Shown one piece after another: positions 9,536 to 19,959 of a stretch of DNA of 64,000 nucleotides (within the stretch, counting starts at the first letter, position 1; each line of letters opens with the position of its first letter). The stretch lies in the IMG/VR virus record IMGVR_UViG_3300042460_000692, positions 1 through 64,000 of that record. One strand, given 5' to 3'. Under the pieces are notes generated by a model that saw only the letters and a list, made by a program, of their open reading frames with translations, did not search any database and was not told the origin of the DNA. The stretch is from an uncultured virus (IMG/VR IMGVR_UViG_3300042460_000692). Lineage: Duplodnaviria > Heunggongvirae > Uroviricota > Caudoviricetes. The translations under genes and the position numbers were made by a program.

Positions 9536-10302
9536 GAATCAGGTATTTTAGTATCCTTTATAAATTTTTTGTAAGAATCTTTATATGATTTTTGACTTTC
9601 ATCGTTAATATCTTTAGTATACTGCCAGTTCCAATATATATCATCGTTTGGTTTGAAACCATAAAATGAATGAACTTGTTTTTGTAAATCAACAACGTTA
9701 CTTCCATTCCAATTATGTCCAGTACAAATGTATCCAGATTCGATATCTTTTACTATGTTAGACTCATTATGTACCGTATGTCTATTTTCAACCCAATTAA
9801 GTCTTTCAATTAGATTTTGATAATACATATTTGTTTGTCCCCACCTTATTGAACTAAAAAATATAACCGAATCTGATTCAAATAGTTCTTTGGATATTTT
9901 CCAAAGTTCATCTGATTTGTTATTGATACTCGCCCAACATCTGTGATGACCTGAAGGATTTTTATCCTTGTCTTCAAGTTTGGATTTTAATACTCCACAT
10001 GAATCTCCGTCTTTTCTTGATACGTTACCTTCACATGGAAATATCTTAAGTTCAGGTACGTCTATTAATGTTGACTTATCACCCAATTCATCATTAAGAT
10101 ACATTGCAATCATTTTAGATTTTGGTATATCAATATTATTTTTGTCCCAATTATGTCTATTAGAACAACTTAATAGTAAAACTTTTTTCTTATTTTTAAG
10201 AACATCCAATGTTTTCTTTAAAGATTTCCAAGCATCAGATTGTACCATCTCTTCCGAAATCATCATTTCTCTAATCCTTTGTATGTTCTCTTGTAAGTTC
10301 AT
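9529..10302 (-). CDS. Flavodoxin-fold NAD(P)H-dependent FMN reductase / iron-sulfur flavoprotein-like protein with N-terminal leader
   Basis: KVLLLSCSNR, IFPCEG...C...CW, ESDSVIFFSSIRWG and LIERL motifs. Confidence 0.75.
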   Translation of the reverse strand: MNLQENIQRIREMMISEEMVQSDAWKSLKKTLDVLKNKKKVLLLSCSNRHNWDKNNIDIPKSKMIAMYLNDELGDKSTLIDVPELKIFPCEGNVSRKDGDSCGVLKSKLEDKDKNPSGHHRCWASINNKSDELWKISKELFESDSVIFFSSIRWGQTNMYYQNLIERLNWVENRHTVHNESNIVKDIESGYICTGHNWNGSNVVDLQKQVHSFYGFKPNDDIYWNWQYTKDINDESQKSYKDSYKKFIKDTKIPDSQ

Positions 10303-10309
10303 TAAAATT

Positions 10310-10585
10310 TTATATTTTATCTACGGCACCTGTGAATTTATGACATTTTTCAGATACACCACCTTTATCGTGGTCAGTAATAGATAATTTCACATTATCG
10401 TAATGAACGATTATATCAGGATGATGATTTTGTTTATCTGCGATTTTCATAACTGAATTAACAAATGGTATAACTTCTTTGTAGTTTTTGAAGTGATATG
10501 TTTTGGTAAGTTTATTATTACCCTCTTTCCAATCACTTTTATTTATAATCGTTCTTTTCTGTTCCTCGGTTATAATGTATTTCAT
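10310..10585 (-). CDS. phhB: Pterin-4a-carbinolamine dehydratase-like protein
   Basis: W...LTKTYHFKNY...FVNSV..IADKQNHHPDI...V.LSITDHDKGGVS family signature. Confidence 0.85.
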   Translation of the reverse strand: MKYIITEEQKRTIINKSDWKEGNNKLTKTYHFKNYKEVIPFVNSVMKIADKQNHHPDIIVHYDNVKLSITDHDKGGVSEKCHKFTGAVDKI

Positions 10586-10596
10586 AAGTTAAAATT

Positions 10597-11478
10597 TTAC
10601 CAAGTACGACAAGCCCAATATCTTGGTTTCCAACGAGGACCTGGATTATCACAATTCATACGAGCTCTAAATGACTTACGTCTTGCGGGGTTATTCTTTT
10701 TGATAACCATTCGTTTACCTTTAGCGGATTTACCACCAAAACCGAAATTTACCTTAACAACCTTACCCTTGTCGTTCTTGACATACACTTTAAACTTTTT
10801 AATATCACCTTGCATGATTTTTCCAAGTTGAACTTTACGTCCTTGATATTCAGCCTCATTTAACATATTGGTCGACTCAAAATTTGTGTTTTGAACGGAA
10901 CCCGATTCATCTTCATAAATTAAAACTGGCGTATCTTCGTTATATTCAAAAAGTCTTTGAAATTGTTCTTCAGATATTTGAATAATTGTTCTTTTTTCTA
11001 CACCTTCAGATAATCTATCAAATTCTTTATATCTAAAAGGATTAGACATTCTTTCTGGTTGACTAAACAATCTTTTTTTTCTTGTAAACGCAAAACTTCT
11101 ACTTCTTTCATCAACATTTTGTTGTTCGTCAAATTTTGTCATTGTTGGTTTATTACCTTTTCCAATTTTAGGGTCCTTTCTTTCTGCACTTCTTTTTTGA
11201 GATGTCATCGCCTTCTTTTCCTTTTTATCATATGAAGAGGCAACTTTAGGAGTATCTTTTGACACTTTTTTTGATGGTCTACATTTTGGATATCCTTTCC
11301 TTCCTTTTTCACCATCAGCATCACTACGTCCACAAGGTGGATGTTTACCATTAACTTTTTTACTTACATCTACCCATTTTTCTTTAAACCACCTACCTAA
11401 ATCTTCTTGTAATACCTCACCATTATTGATGGATAATTTAATGTATTGTAGATCTTCTTCGTTTATGTGTATTTTCAT
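10597..11478 (-). CDS. Hypothetical basic multi-module protein (putative head internal protein)
   Basis: Two basic Cys-containing modules (WFKEKWVD..CGR..YPKCRP; KFKVYV..VNFG..RKSFRARMNC..YWAC), each preceded by L-x-E. Confidence 0.7.
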   Translation of the reverse strand: MKIHINEEDLQYIKLSINNGEVLQEDLGRWFKEKWVDVSKKVNGKHPPCGRSDADGEKGRKGYPKCRPSKKVSKDTPKVASSYDKKEKKAMTSQKRSAERKDPKIGKGNKPTMTKFDEQQNVDERSRSFAFTRKKRLFSQPERMSNPFRYKEFDRLSEGVEKRTIIQISEEQFQRLFEYNEDTPVLIYEDESGSVQNTNFESTNMLNEAEYQGRKVQLGKIMQGDIKKFKVYVKNDKGKVVKVNFGFGGKSAKGKRMVIKKNNPARRKSFRARMNCDNPGPRWKPRYWACRTW

Positions 11479-11481
11479 GAT

Positions 11482-11937
11482 TTACTTTTTACCGCTACAA
11501 TATGAACCCGAACATTTTTTTTTACCATCTAATCCTTTTATTTTACCTTTACAAACTTGTACAGCATAACCATTCGCATATGCCGATGGATAAACTTTAA
11601 ATTTAGATTTTGCAGCAGATAAACCTCTTGAACAAAGTTTATTACTCTTTTTTTCCGCTTCTGACAAATTCTTTTGTTCAAAGTAACCATCAATAAAGTT
11701 AGCCACTTCTTCAATATCATCTTTAGATGTAGTTATATGGTCACCCGCCCACGCGTGTTCACCCGTAACTAATTTTGGAAAATCAGATTGGTGTTTATAG
11801 GACAATATCTTTTCGATATCATTCTTAATTTGAACTAAGTTGGATAAAACCATGTAAGTTCCGTCTTCAGATATGTGTGATTCTTGTTCCTTTACCACTT
11901 TTTTTAAATGTTTCTTAATTAATTCAGTTATATTCAT
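11482..11937 (-). CDS. Hypothetical protein with C-terminal basic YPSAYAN module
   Basis: AAKSKFKVYPSAYANGYAVQVCKG module; late box 3 nt upstream. Confidence 0.7.
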   Translation of the reverse strand: MNITELIKKHLKKVVKEQESHISEDGTYMVLSNLVQIKNDIEKILSYKHQSDFPKLVTGEHAWAGDHITTSKDDIEEVANFIDGYFEQKNLSEAEKKSNKLCSRGLSAAKSKFKVYPSAYANGYAVQVCKGKIKGLDGKKKCSGSYCSGKK

Positions 11938-11940
11938 AAT

Positions 11941-11948
11941 AATAAATA
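11941..11948 (-). promoter_or_regulatory. TATTTATT putative late promoter box
   Basis: 3 nt before the ATG at 11937. Confidence 0.55.
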
Positions 11949-11951
11949 GTT

Positions 11952-13325
11952 TTATTTTTCAGATACTATCTCAAATTTTATTGTTTCGTTATAGAATATC
12001 TCCTCTGTATGAGTTTTTCCCTTTATTTCGACCATATATTCTCTCGGTATCATAAATGAAGTGTCAAACACAAATGAGTTTTCGTTTGTTACATCAAGTT
12101 GTGTCCAGTCGTAAACAACAACATCGGTTCTACCTTCTTTAATGAAAATTCTATAGAATACTTCATCAAATAAAACTGATTTTGGTTCATTTATTGACCT
12201 AAATGTAACAACCACTTTTCTTTTTTCTCCCCTTAATATTTTTTCATTTTGTTTCAATCCGAAAAATTGAATAACGTATCTTTGTAATTCTGTTTGATTT
12301 TCACCAATTGTAAATCCGGCAGTATAAGGTTTTGGTACAAATTTTTGACTAACGTTACTTATTGACACCCCATTAAGGAGTAGTCCTTTCCATTTATCAA
12401 TATAGAACCTTTTTCCGTCACACAAGACACCTTGTAAACCAAATGTAACCTTATATATTCCTTTTCGTATTTTATTTGTTGTAAGTCCTGTTAATCCACT
12501 AATTGGTGTTCCACTATTATCAGTAATGTCAACTGTTGGTAATGAATCTAAATCATAGTAATTAGTTCCCTTTGTAACATGTAGGTATAAATTCTGTGTT
12601 TGTTTTTCAATAAAATTATGTCTATTATCTTCTATTCTATCTTGAAACACAGATTCAACAAACGGTTCAAAGAATGTTTGTGTGTATTTTGTAAAAAACG
12701 CCACAGATTGGTCAATTTCAGGTGTGATATTTTGATATATTACTTCAAAAGCAATTCCTAACCCGTGATTTGTATTCCCCGATAAAATTATACCATTTAT
12801 ATAACTTGTAATATCAACATCTAAATTTTCATTACCATTATCAAAATGGGCGGTGGTAACAATAACAGGGTCGGTACTATAAACACCCTGACTTGACCAT
12901 TGATTCAATGTGGTTTTATTAAACCAGTTAGATGGTCTCTCATCAAATGTACTATTACCTGCAGTAAAGTCATATTCACTATCTTGGTAATCAAAACCTA
13001 AACCTTCGTCCCAAAACTCACTTATTTTAAAAACTATTAGATTAAATGAAGTTGCACGATTTCTACCAGTGGTTCTATTCTGACCCTTTAATCCCTCGTC
13101 ACCAAATATGGTATTGGTCATTTTTAAATAATGTTTAGTATTTTGGTCAATAACCAAATCACCATTATTTATTTTACCTTGTAAATCTGTAAGATTAACT
13201 TTAAATAAAAATTTAGAAAATCCTGAACCATAGAAAATCTCAGTAGTTGGGTTTTTAGCCGTGTTTACCTGAGAATTCTTGATTATCGTGTTGTTTTTTT
13301 CAAAATATGAACGGAAATATGACAT
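11952..13325 (-). CDS. Putative virion structural protein
   Basis: 457 aa, beta-rich, late box at 13336-13343, adjacent to the spike gene. Confidence 0.55.
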   Translation of the reverse strand: MSYFRSYFEKNNTIIKNSQVNTAKNPTTEIFYGSGFSKFLFKVNLTDLQGKINNGDLVIDQNTKHYLKMTNTIFGDEGLKGQNRTTGRNRATSFNLIVFKISEFWDEGLGFDYQDSEYDFTAGNSTFDERPSNWFNKTTLNQWSSQGVYSTDPVIVTTAHFDNGNENLDVDITSYINGIILSGNTNHGLGIAFEVIYQNITPEIDQSVAFFTKYTQTFFEPFVESVFQDRIEDNRHNFIEKQTQNLYLHVTKGTNYYDLDSLPTVDITDNSGTPISGLTGLTTNKIRKGIYKVTFGLQGVLCDGKRFYIDKWKGLLLNGVSISNVSQKFVPKPYTAGFTIGENQTELQRYVIQFFGLKQNEKILRGEKRKVVVTFRSINEPKSVLFDEVFYRIFIKEGRTDVVVYDWTQLDVTNENSFVFDTSFMIPREYMVEIKGKTHTEEIFYNETIKFEIVSEK

Positions 13326-13348
13326 CTTCTTTATTAATAAATATCAAA

Positions 13349-14908
13349 TTAGTTGATTCTAATTGAATTATTTAAAATATCTTGTTTCATTGTTTCCATT
13401 AACTTCATTAAATTAATATAATTTGGGTCACTCGGTACTGGAGGACCGACTAAATTGTGTTGGTGACTGAATATTAAATTAATTATGGACTCAATAAGTC
13501 TAATAAGGGTTTCACCTCTAACTGACGAATATGTGTGAGGTAAAATGTCATTCATGTAATTTTCCTGACTTAATTCATATTTTTCCAATTTAGAAAAATC
13601 TATCGCAATTTGTTTTTCAGGGGGATTAGACTCTGGAGATAACAAAAATATTTTATCCGATTTCAAAGATGAGAAAGTTTGTTCGGAACTTGGTGTGTCT
13701 CTTAATTTTGTAACAGTTTTAGTTATAGGTTTGGTTGCTGGTGACATTTTTGTTTTATCATAAACTAACCCACTTTTAGGACCAATTCCAGACGCTAAAA
13801 TAATATTATTGAATATGATTACCCTGTTGTTTATTTCATCTTGAGTTGTCAATATAGAATTTACACAAGATAATGTTGGTCTAAAATAAAATGGATGTAA
13901 ATCAACACTTGAAAATGGTAGTGTTGGATCTATATGAAAAAGACTTGTTTTATTGTGTATTTTCTTTAAGGTATGTCTAATTTTTTTATAGATACCATTT
14001 ACTCCATTAGACAAAATATCCGATACGAATACAGTAAATGTTGGTTCTGTTGTTCCCGTTGTTATTAATTGAGTACTACCCGTAATAATTGGTGAATTTT
14101 CTAATTTTGGATTATTTGTGTTATATATGTTACCATAGACTGTCTGTTTAGCATTATCAAAATCTTTAATTAGATATACATAGAAACTAATAATTGCGTT
14201 ACTACCATCAAATTTATCAATACTATATTCTATTATAGATTTTAAATTTTTAGACTCAGTAATAAGTTCAGTTGTGGTCTCATCATAATATTCTAATTTA
14301 TTAGTATATTTTTTAAGGTGAAGTGTTGCCATTTTATTTGACATGTATGGCTTATTAAACATGTTTGGTTCTTGAGCAACCATCGTTTTTGGTACAAACT
14401 TACCTCCTCTTAAAGATAGTCCGTTTTCTGTAAACAAAACGTCTGAACCATTTTTACCATATACGGCATAATCTTCATATTTTGCAATTGACGATTTTGC
14501 AAAGGTATCAATAATTTGGCCATCTTTTTGATTAACGATTTTGGGTAATTCTGAATCGGCACCTCCGTATGTTGTGTTTTTAACTTGGGACGCATATACT
14601 TGTGTGTTAAAATCATGTGTTGTGGTAAATGGTCCAGAAATATATTCTCTATTTACTGTGTCTTTAATCGGGTCATAATTGATGATTTTAATTGATTGTC
14701 CGATTAAGGGTACATAGTTTATATTAGCGGGTAAAAATGGAATAGCAATAAAAGGGTCTTTGTCGTCCCATGGTTCATATTTTAAAGCACCAGCAGAAGG
14801 TCCAGAACCGTTACCAAATGTTTGGATACGTATTCTACCTAACCCCAACGGGTCTCTATTATCTGAACATAGACCCAGTTCAATAATTCTAGTGCTCACA
14901 TCACTCAT
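13349..14908 (-). CDS. Baseplate central spike protein (gp5/VgrG-like OB-fold)
   Basis: N-terminal DNRDPLGLGRIRI...P.LP.....P..G motif of gp5 OB-folds; C-terminal VRGETL...HQH metal-binding spike-tip motif. Confidence 0.7.
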   Translation of the reverse strand: MSDVSTRIIELGLCSDNRDPLGLGRIRIQTFGNGSGPSAGALKYEPWDDKDPFIAIPFLPANINYVPLIGQSIKIINYDPIKDTVNREYISGPFTTTHDFNTQVYASQVKNTTYGGADSELPKIVNQKDGQIIDTFAKSSIAKYEDYAVYGKNGSDVLFTENGLSLRGGKFVPKTMVAQEPNMFNKPYMSNKMATLHLKKYTNKLEYYDETTTELITESKNLKSIIEYSIDKFDGSNAIISFYVYLIKDFDNAKQTVYGNIYNTNNPKLENSPIITGSTQLITTGTTEPTFTVFVSDILSNGVNGIYKKIRHTLKKIHNKTSLFHIDPTLPFSSVDLHPFYFRPTLSCVNSILTTQDEINNRVIIFNNIILASGIGPKSGLVYDKTKMSPATKPITKTVTKLRDTPSSEQTFSSLKSDKIFLLSPESNPPEKQIAIDFSKLEKYELSQENYMNDILPHTYSSVRGETLIRLIESIINLIFSHQHNLVGPPVPSDPNYINLMKLMETMKQDILNNSIRIN

Positions 14909-15105
14909 TTCTTAATTCTTTTTTCTATTTCATCGTTTATTTCATTGAACAATTCTTCAACACTATCAAGATGTCTTGTTAAATCAATGATTAATGTTTT
15001 TGTTTTTTCAAATTCATCATTCAATTCATTTATTGCAAGAAATAAATCTTTATTTGATTTATTTTTAACATCGCTAATAACTTCAATAATTTTTTCTTTA
15101 TCCAT
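14905..15105 (-). CDS. Hypothetical coiled-coil protein
   Basis: 66 aa ORF tightly coupled to its neighbours. Confidence 0.7.
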   Translation of the reverse strand: MDKEKIIEVISDVKNKSNKDLFLAINELNDEFEKTKTLIIDLTRHLDSVEELFNEINDEIEKRIKK

Positions 15106-15106
15106 A

Positions 15107-17020
15107 TTAAAATGTACCTCCTCCTACTGTTAATAATCCCGGTGGAATAAATACCGCACCAACGAATGGACTTGGGTGTGGTATAATAACCGAAGTATTA
15201 CTTGCGGCTATGAATCCATTTGTATCTTGTTCTTCCACGTGACCACTTATTACTGATTTTACTAAATCAATTATTTTATTATCCTCACCAAATATGGGTG
15301 AGGTTGAAACACCAGATTCTTCCAATTTTTCAATTGCACGAATCACCGCACCATCTTCACTATATCCAGGTTTTTGTAAGAAAAATGGTAATAAAAAGGT
15401 ACTAATTCCGGCAGTTGCGAACCCACCACCAAAACCTGATAAAGCTAAATCAATTGCTTTATTTATTAAACCATATAAGTCTTTACAAGTATCAAAACCA
15501 CTTTCAAGTATTTTTGTTAAAATTGCAATTAATGATAATAAAATTAATCGATATCTTTTACCTTTCTTTTTTAATATTGTTGCAGCAATGTCAACTAAAA
15601 ATACCAATAAATCTTTTTTAACTCTTCTCCAAAATTCATTAATAAATTTCCATAATAATTTTGTAATAATTTCATTAAATAATTTATATAAAATTTTCAT
15701 CATTTGTTTAGCGGTTTTTATTACCCCACCAACACCTGTAACTAAAACTTTATAAACTATTATGAATGGTAAAAAATATTTTGGGGTTAATAAAGAACCG
15801 ATAAGTGCCTTGGGTAAACTAAGTATGAAAGTATTTAAAATTGACAAATGAAAATTATCTGGAGGTATTGAACCTTCAGACTGATTATGAGCATCGGACG
15901 CAGCATTAAATAAAGCATCATTTACTGAATCATTTAAATTACCGTCATCATAAACAAAATCTTCGAAATGTGTTGGGTTTATGGGTATTTTAAAATTATT
16001 ACAATCTCTAAACTTTAGTACTTTATCTAACCTATCTTTTTCATCATCTAAGTCAACTCCCTCTACATCATCAAAGTCAAAATAAGATTGGATGTCTTCG
16101 TCATTTTCGTTAAATTCTGTGGTTGCGTTAGGAATTTTACCATTTTTGGGGTTTCCACACATTGCACATAGTTTCGCCAATAATCTATTTAAATCATTAA
16201 ACCCCTTATCAAATAAAGGAGGTTCACTACCATCACCATGTAATGTCATGTATATTGCGGTTTTAGTAACTCCACTAAAATCTACGGGTTCAATACTTGA
16301 ATAATAATCAGTAAAAAATGTTTTTATATTTTTACCTTGTAAACCTGCAACATCATATCTTTGGTTCGATGTGTCCCACGATAATGAAAATAAATTATTA
16401 CCATTTAGAGATGTAAAAGTATATGGACTATTAAAAGCATTATATAAATTTCTATTCATTTTACGTTTACCTAAATCTGGAGATTCTTTTTCATAAACAA
16501 TTTGACCAACGTTTGATGTTGGGTCAACGGTTAATACGTTCATAAAATCAAATTCTTGTGGTTTTAATGTTACAGTGTCAGTTGAACCAAATGTTTTGTT
16601 GGAACCACATATACCGTCTCCTGCAAATAATATTTTTTGTACCGCTTCTAAAATAATTTGTTGTGACGATTTTAAAGTTTCGATAGCCGATTCGTTTGTA
16701 AGTTGTCTTAACCTTTGTTTTGAGAATAACTTATCCGAAGATTCAACTTTTATATTTTTCGCACTTACAAATTTTTCTACCGTTTCTAATAAATCAGAGA
16801 ATACGTCACTAGCTCGATTTATCCCACCCTCTAACTTTTTTAGTTTTTTTGCGGAAAAATCTGATAGAGTTTTTGATAGGTCATCGGCACCTTTTAATGC
16901 TTTGTTTTCATAACCATCAACAAATTTGTTAGCCTTATCCTTAGCATTATCTTTTGCCCTTTTAATGGCATCAATTTTTTGCCTAATCTTTTTTCTTGTT
17001 TCTTTTATTTTGTTGGACAT
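15107..17020 (-). CDS. Hypothetical protein (possibly virion-associated)
   Basis: 637 aa ORF in a late operon; hydrophobic segments in the C-terminal half. Confidence 0.7.
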   Translation of the reverse strand: MSNKIKETRKKIRQKIDAIKRAKDNAKDKANKFVDGYENKALKGADDLSKTLSDFSAKKLKKLEGGINRASDVFSDLLETVEKFVSAKNIKVESSDKLFSKQRLRQLTNESAIETLKSSQQIILEAVQKILFAGDGICGSNKTFGSTDTVTLKPQEFDFMNVLTVDPTSNVGQIVYEKESPDLGKRKMNRNLYNAFNSPYTFTSLNGNNLFSLSWDTSNQRYDVAGLQGKNIKTFFTDYYSSIEPVDFSGVTKTAIYMTLHGDGSEPPLFDKGFNDLNRLLAKLCAMCGNPKNGKIPNATTEFNENDEDIQSYFDFDDVEGVDLDDEKDRLDKVLKFRDCNNFKIPINPTHFEDFVYDDGNLNDSVNDALFNAASDAHNQSEGSIPPDNFHLSILNTFILSLPKALIGSLLTPKYFLPFIIVYKVLVTGVGGVIKTAKQMMKILYKLFNEIITKLLWKFINEFWRRVKKDLLVFLVDIAATILKKKGKRYRLILLSLIAILTKILESGFDTCKDLYGLINKAIDLALSGFGGGFATAGISTFLLPFFLQKPGYSEDGAVIRAIEKLEESGVSTSPIFGEDNKIIDLVKSVISGHVEEQDTNGFIAASNTSVIIPHPSPFVGAVFIPPGLLTVGGGTF

Positions 17021-17400
17021 TATAGTGTGTAGTTTGACTTACCTTTATTATCAGAACCAGTTTCCATTAATTTGTCCAATATTTCTCTATCTTCATCAGA
17101 TAAGGTTAATTTACCCATAGGTCCACCGGCCTTACCTGTAGATTGTGTTTGTTTTAATAAAACACCTTGTAGTTTAACTAAGGAGATTTTTTTCTCAGTA
17201 CAATCGTTTAGGATTTTTTGTTGTTCTTTGATGACGGGACCTATTACACTCATGTCCTCAGCATCTTTCATAAATGTTAACATTTTCTTTGTTATCATTG
17301 ATGCTGTATTCTTTTGTTCCACAATGTCATTGTAGATTTCCTGCATTAAAGCTAATGCAGAATCAACCTCTAAGGAGATTAAATTTCTTTGTGTTCTCAT
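17020..17400 (-). CDS. Hypothetical protein
   Basis: 126 aa ORF; late box at 17404-17411. Confidence 0.7.
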   Translation of the reverse strand: MRTQRNLISLEVDSALALMQEIYNDIVEQKNTASMITKKMLTFMKDAEDMSVIGPVIKEQQKILNDCTEKKISLVKLQGVLLKQTQSTGKAGGPMGKLTLSDEDREILDKLMETGSDNKGKSNYTL

Positions 17401-17414
17401 ACCAATAAATAGGT

Positions 17415-18113
17415 TTATTCTAAAAATCCACCTAAAATTCCATCATACAACTTTTTAAATCTTTTGAGGGATATTCTAATTTCTTTGGTTGACAATGAAG
17501 TCATTTCTCTTAAAGAGAGTAATATAAGGTTTTTATTGAATTTGTTACCATCTCCAACTTGAAATATCATATCAAAATTGTTAAAAATCTCTAGTAACGC
17601 ATACCCTAATTTTTGTTCATTTTCGGTTAAATCTTCATTTTCAACAAAAAGTTCTAAGTCTATACTCATTTTTATAATGATATCTCTATAGTCTATAATA
17701 TGTTCATCTATCACATATGATAGGTCAGATCTACCCTCAATATCTGATGATATGTCGTCATATGATACTTGTCTATTTTGTTCCTTTGTATCCTTCTGTA
17801 TTGCTCCCATAAGGTAGTTTTTACAGATTGTACCAAAGTAAGAATACGCTTTGGTATTTTTTGTGTGGTCAAATTTATTAATCTTGGTAATAAGAAAGGA
17901 CATTGTGTCTGTATGAATTTCTTCAAATTCCATATCTTTTCTGTAAAGTTTATAACGTCGAATAATTGATTCGACCATTATAATTAGGGGTTCACGTAAA
18001 TATTCGTTGAATATCTTATTTCTTTCTGCTTCGTCAGTGCTTTCTAAGTAACTAACTACCGCCTTCTCTTGATCCTCCCCAAAATAAATTTTTTGGGTTC
18101 TTGGTCTTGGCAT
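17415..18113 (-). CDS. Phage sigma factor (T4 gp55-like late sigma)
   Basis: Sigma region-2-like EEIHTDTMSFLITKINKFDHTKNTKAYSYFGTICKNYL resembles the gp55 FDPxK..AYSYF motif. Confidence 0.7.
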   Translation of the reverse strand: MPRPRTQKIYFGEDQEKAVVSYLESTDEAERNKIFNEYLREPLIIMVESIIRRYKLYRKDMEFEEIHTDTMSFLITKINKFDHTKNTKAYSYFGTICKNYLMGAIQKDTKEQNRQVSYDDISSDIEGRSDLSYVIDEHIIDYRDIIIKMSIDLELFVENEDLTENEQKLGYALLEIFNNFDMIFQVGDGNKFNKNLILLSLREMTSLSTKEIRISLKRFKKLYDGILGGFLE

Positions 18114-18892
18114 TAAGCTTCTATATAATTTACATCTCGTTTATTTTTAAAGAAAAATTCTTTTTTTGCTGAGTCTAACCAAAATTTAACTTCTTTTTCG
18201 GATAATAAACTATTCTCATCGTTTTTGTATAACCAGAATAATGAATCCTCTCTAAGATTAACGTGTTGGTAACCAACTCTCGGTACTATCATCACCCTAA
18301 CTCCATTGTGAGTTAATCTTAATAAAAACTCGTATCCAAAAGTCAATTTAATGTTTTCTTTTAATAAACCATTATCTTTAATTTTTTGTGTGCGATAAAG
18401 TCCACCACTAATTTGATAGTTTTGATATTCTAATAATACCTCATTATCAATAAATCCCTGCATATCAGTAAATCCATAAGCCCAAGCGGATTCGTTAGTA
18501 AAACTAACAAAGGTTCCCTCTGAGTTTATATCTTTTACTATTGGTAAGAATACATCAACATCACTATAAATTTTTCTATAATCGTTAATTGATTTTAACC
18601 AAATTGATTTAAATTGGTCATCAACTTCTAAAATAGTAAACCATTCTGTGTCACATTTCTCGATACCTAAATTTACTTGGGAGCAAAAGTCAGTTTTACC
18701 ATTATTAACTACGAAATTAATTTCTAATTTATCAGATAAGTTAGTTAACTCTTTTTTTACTTCCGCGGGACATACCAACGATACTTTTACGTCGTTGTGA
18801 AAATCTTCAACAGACTCTAAAGCTTTATTTAACATTTCCTTATAATCTTCACTAATTTTGTGAATAGGTATTAATACTGTTATATTTTTCAT
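18113..18892 (-). CDS. Glycosyltransferase, GT-A fold (GT2-like)
   Basis: ITVLIPIH...KALESV, VNLGIEKCDTEWFTILEVDD (DxD-type) and EFLLRL...V..VPRVGYQH motifs. Confidence 0.8.
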   Translation of the reverse strand: MKNITVLIPIHKISEDYKEMLNKALESVEDFHNDVKVSLVCPAEVKKELTNLSDKLEINFVVNNGKTDFCSQVNLGIEKCDTEWFTILEVDDQFKSIWLKSINDYRKIYSDVDVFLPIVKDINSEGTFVSFTNESAWAYGFTDMQGFIDNEVLLEYQNYQISGGLYRTQKIKDNGLLKENIKLTFGYEFLLRLTHNGVRVMIVPRVGYQHVNLREDSLFWLYKNDENSLLSEKEVKFWLDSAKKEFFFKNKRDVNYIEA

Positions 18893-18897
18893 ATTGA

Positions 18898-19959
18898 TTA
18901 TTCTTGTTCTTGTTTTAATTTTTCTAATGCGTTCTCGATAGATTCGATTCTTTTATTAATTAATGACCCGAAAATTGAATTGATACTATTTTGAGTAATT
19001 GATGTTTCATATGGTAATAAAGTATCTTTCATTTTAGTAGTCACCTCTTCTTGTAACTCAACTCCCTCAATCCATGCTAAGATATATGAACCTAAAATTT
19101 CAACAACTTTATTTGTGTCATAGGTCCACATTCCATTCTCATCCAACCAATCAGGTTCTGTTTCAGGAATCTTACCAATAACGGGAACACCACATTTCAT
19201 AGACTCTAAAGGAAATGTACCAAATGTTGATTCATTATCAACCCAAACAGAAACCATACATTCTTTTAAATTAGTTGCAAATTCATCGTAACTCATCTGA
19301 ACCATATCTTTAAAAGTAATCCAACGTAACTGAGGAAACTTTAAATAAAATTGTGAAATTAATCTTCTATGTACAACTCTATCTCTACAACTAATCGCAA
19401 CATATGGTTTTAATGGTAGTTCAATAGGTTTAAAATTATCACCAATAATTGGAGGGATTACAAAGACTAAACTTTCAGGAAAAATATCTGAAATGTATTT
19501 TTTTGCACTTTCTGTTGTGGTGATGATTCTATCAAATCCATAGTCCGACCATCTACTACCAATTGATAGTGTTTCAAACATAAAATCTTTTTGTTGTACT
19601 AACATTACTTTAATACACTTGATATTAGTTAATTGCTCAAGAGCGTTTGAAAAATATTCAGGAACAACTAAAACATCATCAATTTTTAATTCAATCTTAT
19701 CTTCTTTGATGGACACGACTGGTAGTTCTTTGTACGTATCACCTAACCAAGATTCGACTCCTGTGTATGTTTTGTCCTCCACTAAAATATTTGATTTATG
19801 ACCATTTTGTTTTAAAGTCAACGCCATATCATAAATGTGTTTTATGGACGCTCTTGCGTTATTTCTTGTGTCATAAGTTAGAAAATAAATGTTATTTTCT
19901 TTTGAATGTAACCTACCTAACGCTTCTTCTAATTTTTCTATGTTTTCTTGTTTACTCAT
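18898..19959 (-). CDS. Glycosyltransferase, GT-B fold
   Basis: HIYDMALTL...DVLVVPE; C-terminal ESTFGTFPLESMKCGVPVIG (E-x-F-G-x-x-x-x-E donor-binding motif). Confidence 0.8.
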   Translation of the reverse strand: MSKQENIEKLEEALGRLHSKENNIYFLTYDTRNNARASIKHIYDMALTLKQNGHKSNILVEDKTYTGVESWLGDTYKELPVVSIKEDKIELKIDDVLVVPEYFSNALEQLTNIKCIKVMLVQQKDFMFETLSIGSRWSDYGFDRIITTTESAKKYISDIFPESLVFVIPPIIGDNFKPIELPLKPYVAISCRDRVVHRRLISQFYLKFPQLRWITFKDMVQMSYDEFATNLKECMVSVWVDNESTFGTFPLESMKCGVPVIGKIPETEPDWLDENGMWTYDTNKVVEILGSYILAWIEGVELQEEVTTKMKDTLLPYETSITQNSINSIFGSLINKRIESIENALEKLKQEQE

